Source: Chlorokybus atmophyticus (Eukaryota > Plantae > Mesostigma and Chlorokybus algae). Taken from it: DNA of 64,000 nucleotides. Under the pieces are notes generated by a model that searched no databases, had not been told where the DNA came from, and was given only the letters and a program-made list of their open reading frames with translations. This document shows positions 55,877 through 64,000 of the stretch, one piece after another. Numbering within the stretch: the first letter of the stretch is position 1; each line of letters starts with the position of its first letter. The translations under genes and the position numbers were made by a program. The stretch is from NCBI GenBank assembly GCA_009103225.1, contig RHPI01002503.1:1293987-1357986 (forward strand), given 5' to 3'.

Positions 55877-58780
55877 TCACCAGTCACCCAAGTTGAAGGT
55901 ATTCATGATATGGTCTTGAACGTCAAGAAGAAAATTGATGGATTCCTCAGCCCTGGCCCACACATTGTCCTGCCACGACCTTTGTAAGTCCGGGTGGGAC
56001 GTGATTCTGGCCTTCCTGATTGCTGCTGTAACCTGATAAGTAAGAATTCTGTAAGCACCTGCCTCGCCTAGCAGCAACCACATTCATGCATGGCCACAAT
56101 CATTGCATCTGGTAAACATAGCTGTGCAGCAAGGGGCTTCCTTGACACCTCTGCTGCTAAGTAGGTTCATGACCCAGCTCAACATTCACACCCAGTCGCC
56201 TCAAAACGCGATCCAAGATTTACAACTTGGCTTCAGCTATCTGCTTAAGCTCTTCACGATGGCGCCTGCGCAGCTCTGCAATTTGCTCTTGCTGGTCTGC
56301 CATCTGCATTACAAGGCGGATTGGGAAGTGCCTCAAAGCAATGCACGGTGCAAGTGGATTCGCTTCTATTTACCAGCCTCATTGGTACGTTGGCAAAAAG
56401 CCAACAATGCCTGTGCCTGACGCTGTTTTAACATGGTGGCGCACAAAAGCATCTTTCCTGCTAAATGAGCAGCGGAGCCATGGCTGTGACTGTGTCCGCA
56501 TGTTGCTGCTGTTGGTGCCGGACATGCTTCACTAGCTCAGGGAACTTGTCGCCTTGCGGCTGGTGACACGCGTGTGCAAACTGCACACGCGTGGCAAATC
56601 TTCTGTGCCGCCAAGCTGGGTGAGCGTGTTCCCTCTTGAGGTCCGCATGCCACACCTGATGCTGGTAATTGTGATGCACTTGTCGCTCCTCTTGCAAGCT
56701 CTGCTTGCACAAGACCCAGCTGCACCAAGCGCTCGTGTGCCACATTTGACTGTCCCCCCAACACACACACGAAAGCACAGGCTCAGAAACCCACAACTGA
56801 ATGCACCTGCGCATGCGCAGTGAGCACGCACAACACTCACAAGGTGGCGAACATGTCATCAAGGTTTACAAGGCTACCAGGGACCTCCAGCCAAAAACGC
56901 TTAGCCTTGTTGCGGTATTTGGGATCAGCACAACGGCCTTTTGGTGCTCGGAGCTTGTCAACCCCAATGAGCGTGGCAAAGCCAGGGCTTCCTACAAAGC
57001 TGCCATCCGGCCGGCACGGGAGCAGCTTGCTGGTTCCAGACTCTCTCCGCATGACGAACGGCTCAAATTTTTTCATCCACCCGTAAAACCCAGAACTTGC
57101 AGCCTTCTGGCAGATACCCGTAACCTACCGTAGACCTAAACTTCCTGTTCTGAACAGCTACACCAGGCTTGATAACCTGTGGTGGTCAGGGCATGGTTGG
57201 CAAAAGCAATGAGAGTGCAAAGGGGAAACACACGTGTGACCTACACAGCGCACTCCATCTTCCGTCTTGTGCATTCAACACACCAATCGGAAGGGGAAGC
57301 CTCAACAAGCAAAACGGTCTGGGCTGTGCTCTGAGCAGGCTGCATACTGGATGCTGCTTTGCACATGTCTAGTTGCTGCAGGCGGTCTGTCAGGCACTCA
57401 GGTTATATGGACTGATCCTTCTCACTTTGCTCTTGCATGATGTCCATGTGTGCTGCTGCCACCTACGATGCATAGGGCACATAAGTACCAACACTTTCAG
57501 GTTGTTAAATTGCGACCAACAACATGTTACATACAAATAGCAACATCAAGACAACCTACAGACGACCTTGCCACAACACTGCCACACTGGGAGTGGCTGT
57601 TCGTTTGACAACATTCAACTGACACTTGCCTGGGTTGTCACTTCTGAAATCTCCTTTGTTCTGCGCTTCAACTGGTTGCCGCGCTCTGCTGCTGCTGCAT
57701 CGCACTGGACTGGTGTGCCACGCAAATATCGTCTACACACATCGCCACAACTGACGCTATGCAAACAGTGGCGCCATTGTTTCGCTAGCACCAGGTTGAT
57801 TGTCATAGTGCAAAGCGTCAATGCGCAGGAGCGATGCGCATTGAGCCTGTGCGTTCAGTTGCGGTCGTTGTGTCTCATGTAATGACCACCTGGGTAAGCA
57901 CGTCTGCAGCCCATTGACACACGTGTGCACCTTGAATTGCTGCTCTTGCTTTGCGCTGGCCCAGAGTTGGTGATTTCCTGCAGCAGACCCTTCCTCTCCT
58001 CATCGTGCTGGTTGATGAGCTTCCTCGGCTGCTTGGTGTGCTTCTTGCTTCCAAGCTCCTGAAACAATAAAAACTGCATACACGGTTGTGCTGATGGGCA
58101 CACTGTCAGCAGTGACACTTGCTGATAAGATGCTCACAAATGGGACAAGCTGCAAGGGCAACCAGAGTTGTTAGTACAGTACAGACGATCCCGATACTTC
58201 ACTCCCAACTTACAACTGCAGCTGACTGATCGCCTACGCTACTTGTAGTTACTCAAGTGCACAGCATGGTGTTGTACCAAGGTTGACAGCTCGCAACAAA
58301 CCGCCATTGCAAACAAGTTTGACTGCCTCCCTTGATGCATGAACATGTTAATATGCATGTACACAGCACATACCAAACATAGGCAAGAATCTGTGCAGGC
58401 CATAACGCAGAAACGCTAACAATGTAGATCTGTACATGGTAGGGCCGGAGAGTGTATGCACCCAGAACAGCATGCTGAAAAGCATAGCAGAGTGTACTGA
58501 TAACAGCACATGGGTGCTTAAACATGACAAAAGCTCTTGCTGAACTTGCTCGTTAAGAAACTTCTACCATACGTGCACTGCAGCGAACCTCTGTTGTGGC
58601 TGCGCCATCCCTATTCGGCTGCTGCCGCAGCAAGCTGCCGTCGCCAGCCTGATCCACGGCGTCTTCAGCAGCGGCCTTTGCGTCTGATGCTTATTCAGCT
58701 GCTGGCGGGCGGCGCTTCTGAGCCAACTGTCCTCCTGCTCCTCTTCCTCTTCCTCGCCCTCGCCCTCCTTCAGCGCCCAT
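55877..58780 (-). pseudogene. Multi-exon pseudogene ending in a J-domain-like HPD segment (copy 2)
   Basis: ATG at 58780 (MGAEGGRGRGRGRGAGGQLAQKRRP). Same exons as 43597-46695. The final segment QVTAAIRKARITSHPDLQRSWQDNVWARAEESINFLLDVQDHI retains HPD. Stops present. Confidence 0.6.
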
Positions 58781-59311
58781 CGCGGCTACAACCAACGCTC
58801 AGGATCTCATCGACAAAGTAAGAAAGCTCGCTGCTTGGCTGTACATAAGCTTGGTAGCCCCTACTCAGCAGCGCCACCCGTCCCCCACGATGACAACAAC
58901 AGCAACGGCCCCCCTTTTTCCAACAAGCACTCGCTCGCTCGCATGCATGCGCTTTGGCTGCAATGAGCATCAATTGAGTTACGCAAGCGCAAACGGCTGT
59001 TTGGCGCCAGCATCTGCCCTTTCGCAGTGGTCCGCCCGCCGCCACGCCGCGCGACGCTGCTTCGTGTTCCGTTAATGACGTAACGTGGGCATGTAGCACG
59101 TTCAAACCACTGTGACGCGAGTGTGAAAGGGTGCACTACCCCAAAAAGCGACGCGCGCTGCGGGGCAGCACTAAACAGCCGCGGGCGGGCAGGCGCGGGG
59201 ACAGAGACATACATACAGCAGGATAGGAATGCTGACAGCTTGTATGTTACAGCGGATGCATGTTCTGGAGGGGTTTGAACATACGACCAGCACAACGGAT
59301 GCGTGTGTGTG

Positions 59312-59342
<31 letters not shown>

Positions 59343-59799
59343 ATGCGTGCGTGCGTGTGCACGTGCGCTGCACACGCAGGCAACACCGCTAATCTTTCAT
59401 AGCACTGCGCATAGCGCACACACACGCACACCAACTGAGGGACACAGGCGGCGGCAGCTGCACATAGAAGCAGATACACACACAGGCAGGTTGGTGGGCT
59501 AGTAGCAGGCACGCACGGGGTCGTTGATGAGCAAAACGCTGTTGTGAGGGTGACTGTGTATGCATCTCCGTCAAATGTCTTGTCGGAAAAAGGTTTGCTT
59601 GTGTCCCTTATGCTAGATTAGTAGCAACAACAGCAGTACTGCCTGCCTGCAGCATATCACGCATGAAAATGTGCTGAAGAACAGCTGATCTTTTCACTTG
59701 TGCATGCCATAACTGCTGGGCCAAATTGATATGTAAAACCACAGTGCATTGCAGGCACACACACACACGCATGCGCGCACACACATGCACGTGTATGCT

Positions 59800-60900
59800 T
59801 GCGTTGGTCCTGCGACTGTGAGGAACACGTTCTTGTTAGATTCCAGTATAGCAAAGCAGCATTCCTCAGACTTATTCCAGCCACACGCAAACCTTGAGCC
59901 TATGCAATTGAGTTGCGTCGAACTCTTTTGTGCCCTGTTGTGGGTGCAGGGCTTCCGTTGCATGTGCTGATTGTATTAATGTTGCTGTACATGCGCGCCA
60001 GTGAGGTTGTGAGCCAGCGAGGCTGTTGGGCTGGACTGTGTATGCTGTGCGCATCCAAACACGCATGACGCTTTCGTTCCTTAATGCAGAGCAAACAACG
60101 CCGTGTCATCAACACGCCTGCCCGGAGAAGCAATGACGTGTTATGGTCATTGCAGCTGGGATAGCATGAGCAAATCAGCGAAAATCAGCATCATTGTGAC
60201 TGTTGTAATCTTTGGCACTATTGTGCTAGCGCTGCTCATCCAGTGCTGCCGCTTAGACGGTGATGACCCCAGACGAAAAAGGGTGTGTGCCAATGTCGTT
60301 GCCAAAGCTGTTGTTGCTGTTCATTGAAGTATATGCCCTGACCAACACTCTGGTGAGTGTGAGACCTTGCATGGGCGCCTAGCATTGTGTGTATTGGTTA
60401 CTGTTGTGCGCAGAGTACCACCTGACCAGCATTAAGAGTGGGTTGATGCATACTGTGCTGATACAATGTGCACATACGTCAGTCACTTCATTGTCAGCTT
60501 CACACCGTTGACAAACATACTTGCATGACACGGACACCTCATTGCTTGAAAGGCACCCACCTCTGTAAACTACTGCCGCATTGACCACCATCACCGTGTT
60601 GGAAGTGGAAGGCTTCCACTTCTGGTCTTCACGACTGGAGCACAACTACCAGGTAAGGTGGCGTTACATCTCAGCGCAGCAGCTGTGTATGTCATGCAAT
60701 GTGCTGAAGAACAATTGAAGCAGAGCTCGAACCGCCAGCATACGCCAAAAAAGGAGTGAAGGTTCGATCCCATGGACTCCATTCCCCCCTGTGTGATGCC
60801 ATTGTGCCGGTTGGCAACCAGCGTGCCTCGAGCAATTGACCTTATGACACGTTGGTACGCACATGGTGCAGCCCATTCGCTACATGCTCTCGTGCTCCAC
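59800..60900 (+). pseudogene. Single-pass TM gene copy of the duplicated module
   Basis: KISIIVTVVIFGTIVLALLIQCCRLDGDDPRRKRVCANVVAKAVVAV; downstream LVFTTGAQLPGKVALHL is also seen in the 38 kb and 42 kb copies. Stops present. Confidence 0.5.
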
Positions 60901-60919
60901 ACATGCATGCGTATGCAAG

Positions 60920-62800
60920 TGTGCATAACACATGCTTCGCGCAGCCACACACGCACGTGCGCTCACCCATGTGTAAGTATGCAGCATGCCACCATCGGAC
61001 CGGTGTGTGTCCCCAGGTTTGTCTGCATGCGAGCCCGAGCCACAGGACGCATTGCCTACTGCGCGTGTAACTGTGAGGTGGAACCAGTGAGTGAGGTGTG
61101 TGGTGGATGTAGGTGGTGTACATAACACGCCAATTCTACCTGGTGAACTTTTTAAGGTGTAGTACGTCTGTTCCTTTCCTATAGCTAGCTAGCTCAGCTG
61201 GGCCCCCACATTCGCGCAGCTACATCTTTCACCAGTCGTGATGGCGATCTCAGCTTTTCCAGCAGGAGAGCCCGGGCAGCGAGTTGCAGTGCAGGTGGCT
61301 TTGCCGGTTGCTATGGATGCCAATATTGGGTTGCGCTCCATTGCGCTACATGCGCCAGTGGCCTACACGGGGGTGGGGTCCTGTAGCATCAGTGCTAAAG
61401 CTACAAAGGCACCTTGCTTCTGCAGATAGCGAGTTGCCAGTGGTTGCTGCAGTTGATCTTCCCTTCAGCGGGCGTTGTCGGAGCTCGCGAAAAGGGCGAG
61501 ACTTCCCATCTCTCTACAGCAGTCAGTGCCTGACTTGCTAACACTGGCACACACAGGAAGGAGGAACATGCAGGAGGACCCTGGTGTGGCACTGTGTGTG
61601 CGCGCAAATCTTCACGACAGCCTTGGTTGAAGCGCCGGCGCGTGATCTGCACCGGATAGACTCTAGAGCTGGCGTGGGAGCGTGTGTGTGGCCGAGCACC
61701 CACTTAGACTTATGGAACCGCCTTTGCACCGCATTACTGTTTGTCGCCTGTTGTGTTTTGGCGCTTCCGCGCCACCCGCTTGGGTGCTTCGCTCCACGAT
61801 GAAGCAATCATGATGCATACGCCGCACAAGCCCGGTGAGGCGGGGGCACACTTTGCTTTGACCTGTGCGGGTACGCATGCACAGGTCTTGCATGTAAGCC
61901 TGCATGCGTGTGTGCGCGCATGCGTGTGCACCAGTGTGCTCATACTATCCTCACGTAGTATGTGAGGTCACACAGTACTTTTCATAAAAACAGCCACGAA
62001 CCAACCTGGTTGAACAACACTCACTTGGGTCAATGGCAATGTTGACAATCGTAGTCCGCTTCGGTGGTTTGCCAATTTTGCCGCCTATATACTTGCTGAT
62101 AATGCTCAATGTTGTCATCGCTTGTATGATACATCCTCGCTTACTCTGCAAACCACAGACACACCCAACAACTTAAGCTGACATGTTGTGCACACACACC
62201 TTCCTTGAGTGAGAGCGGTTGGTTTGCTTTTAGGTTGGCTGGTGCTTGGTAAGATGGTTGGGCTGTGCTTGTCAGCTTACTTGCTGGTTGGTGGTTGTGT
62301 TGCTGTATGTGTGCCGGATGGTATGCTCTGTGCTGGCCCTGCATGTAAGGGTGACACGTGTCCAGCGTGCATGCTACTGACAGTCTGTCAATTTCTAAAC
62401 TTACAGATATGCACATGCACTGACAGGCGCGCACGCATGCAGACTGCTTGTGCAGAAGAATCTCTCTGTCACGCGCCGTGTTTGCTAACGTCAAACTTCG
62501 TCACTCCTCCAAGCTCAGCAAGCTGATCACCACTCCGCATTGTGACCACTTCCTTCCTCCGCCTCGTCGTCCTCCTCCCACTCACTCGTCGCTCAGCTCC
62601 GCTTCAAGCAACGAAGCAATTTGTCAAGCGGCGCTGGACTCTTGTCTTGTTGCTCTGTCTTGAATCTCTCGCCCTCCTCCTGTTTGTAATCCGGAAGCGT
62701 AGCAGCCTAGTCAGTGGCGTAGCATAGCGAGTGGGGCGGCGGCGGGGCGGTGGAGGCGGTGGAGGCGGCGGATGACGACAGAGTGGTCGTGGACAGGCAG
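60920..62800 (-). pseudogene. Right-arm copy of the LRR-like gene, lacking the 52715-54420 equivalent
   Basis: IASLLEAELSDE, TLANTARDREILLHKQSAC, and GSLALFASSDNAR*REDQLQQPLATRYLQKQGAFVALALML..QPAKPPALQLAARALLLEKLRS; homologous to 51650-55330. Confidence 0.4.
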
Positions 62801-63191
62801 AGGCAGGGACGACAAGGAGGAATCCAGCCAACAGACAAGCGGCGGCAGTCCCTGAGTCCCACCCGGTAAGGTAAGCACCACTGTAGATGTGACGTGCAGG
62901 GAGAGAGAGAAGAAGTAAGGTGAGCGACGGGGCAACTTGTTTGCGTGGTGCAGGCGCTGTGTGGTTCAAGAGGAAGGCTGTGTATGTGTGCCGCTGGTTG
63001 TTAGTCGCGTCAAGTCCCGCATGTACTGTATGCCGCTTGCTGAGGCTTGGGTCCTGTGCGTGGTTAGGGTCGGGGTTTGCAGACAGCAGAGGTAGCCCAC
63101 TGTGTACACATGGCCATGCTTGCTGCCTGATGAATACCTCAACCCAGACGCATTCCTCTCTGCGATGGCACAGGCAGGGTCACGTCAGGGT

Positions 63192-63373
63192 NNNNNNNNN
63201 NNNNNNNNNNNNNNNNNNNNNNNNNNNNNNNNNNNNNNNNNNNNNNNNNNNNNNNNNNNNNNNNNNNNNNNNNNNNNNNNNNNNNNNNNNNNNNNNNNNN
63301 NNNNNNNNNNNNNNNNNNNNNNNNNNNNNNNNNNNNNNNNNNNNNNNNNNNNNNNNNNNNNNNNNNNNNNNNN
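63192..63373. other. Assembly gap (N run)
   Basis: 182 N bases ending at a poly-G run; the paralogous arm has a poly-C run at about 51395-51408. Confidence 1.
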
Positions 63374-63596
63374 GGGGGGGTATACAACTAGCATGACGTC
63401 TTTGCCGTGTACTGCATTCCTGTGCGTTTGTTGGCGCTCATTTGCAGTACAAATAGTGCTATTCCCATTATCACGTTCGCCTTCCCTGTGCATTTGCGGT
63501 GGCTTGTGTCAACATGCATTGTTTCAAATAGGAGTTATGCGCGTGTTAGCATACAACTAGTCGGCATGGTGGCCATTGCATGCATTAACATGCAAC

Positions 63597-63865
<269 letters not shown>

Positions 63866-63981
63866 TGTGTGTGCATGACGGAATTGGCAGCAGTCATCCC
63901 GCATTCTTGATCTCTGAGCAAGAGACAAAGTGAGCGTGTTCAGTGTGCAGGCAGCTGCTCCCCCCGGACGCGCGTGCAGTC

Positions 63982-64000
63982 ATGACTTCGTCTGCGTGTG
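63982..64000 (+). CDS. Start of a second ATPase paralog (runs off the window end)
   Basis: 63865-64000 (...ccgcattcttgat...gtgtgcaggcagctgctcccc...gcgcgtgcagtcATGacttcgtctgcgtgtg) aligns to the reverse complement of the 5' leader and start of the 51041 ATPase (...ccgcattcttgat...gtgtgcaggcggcagctcccc...gcgcgtgtagtcATGgctttgtctgcgtgtg); MTSSAC versus MALSAC. Confidence 0.7.

Overview
Eukaryotic, intron-rich genomic DNA from a green alga (Viridiplantae; probably flagellated because IFT88 is present; species not determinable). It has GT-AG introns full of CA/TG microsatellite-like sequence and two N-gaps. Most entries in the supplied ORF track are intron or repeat noise. Three zones. (1) 1-22 kb, five spliced host genes: a TPT-family sugar-phosphate/nucleotide-sugar transporter (-), a NERD1-like FG-GAP membrane protein (-), an unknown long coiled-coil protein (+), a divergent IFT88 (+) and a kelch-repeat protein with a signal-peptide-like N-terminus (-). 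(2) 22.5-35.4 kb, a transposon island: a TIR-bounded MITE, then serially nested LTR retrotransposons. These are a short-LTR (79 bp) TRIM-like element, a chromodomain Ty3/gypsy, a Ty3/gypsy whose integrase ends in a PHD finger, and a Ty1/copia. All have lost their right-hand portions. (3) 35.4-64 kb, an old, rearranged segmental duplication of a four-gene module: an archaeal-type P-loop ATPase with a transit-peptide-like N-terminus, an LRR-like gene, a gene ending in a J-domain-like HPD motif, and a single-pass TM gene. It occurs in inverted copies, with long pure (GA/CT)n arrays at or near junctions. Only the ATPase looks intact, and a second ATPase paralog starts 19 bp before the window end. 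The best candidates for something undescribed are the ATPase/LRR/J-like/TM module, the PHD-integrase gypsy, and the short-LTR element paired with the chromovirus. All assignments are by manual translation and recalled motifs; no database searches were run.
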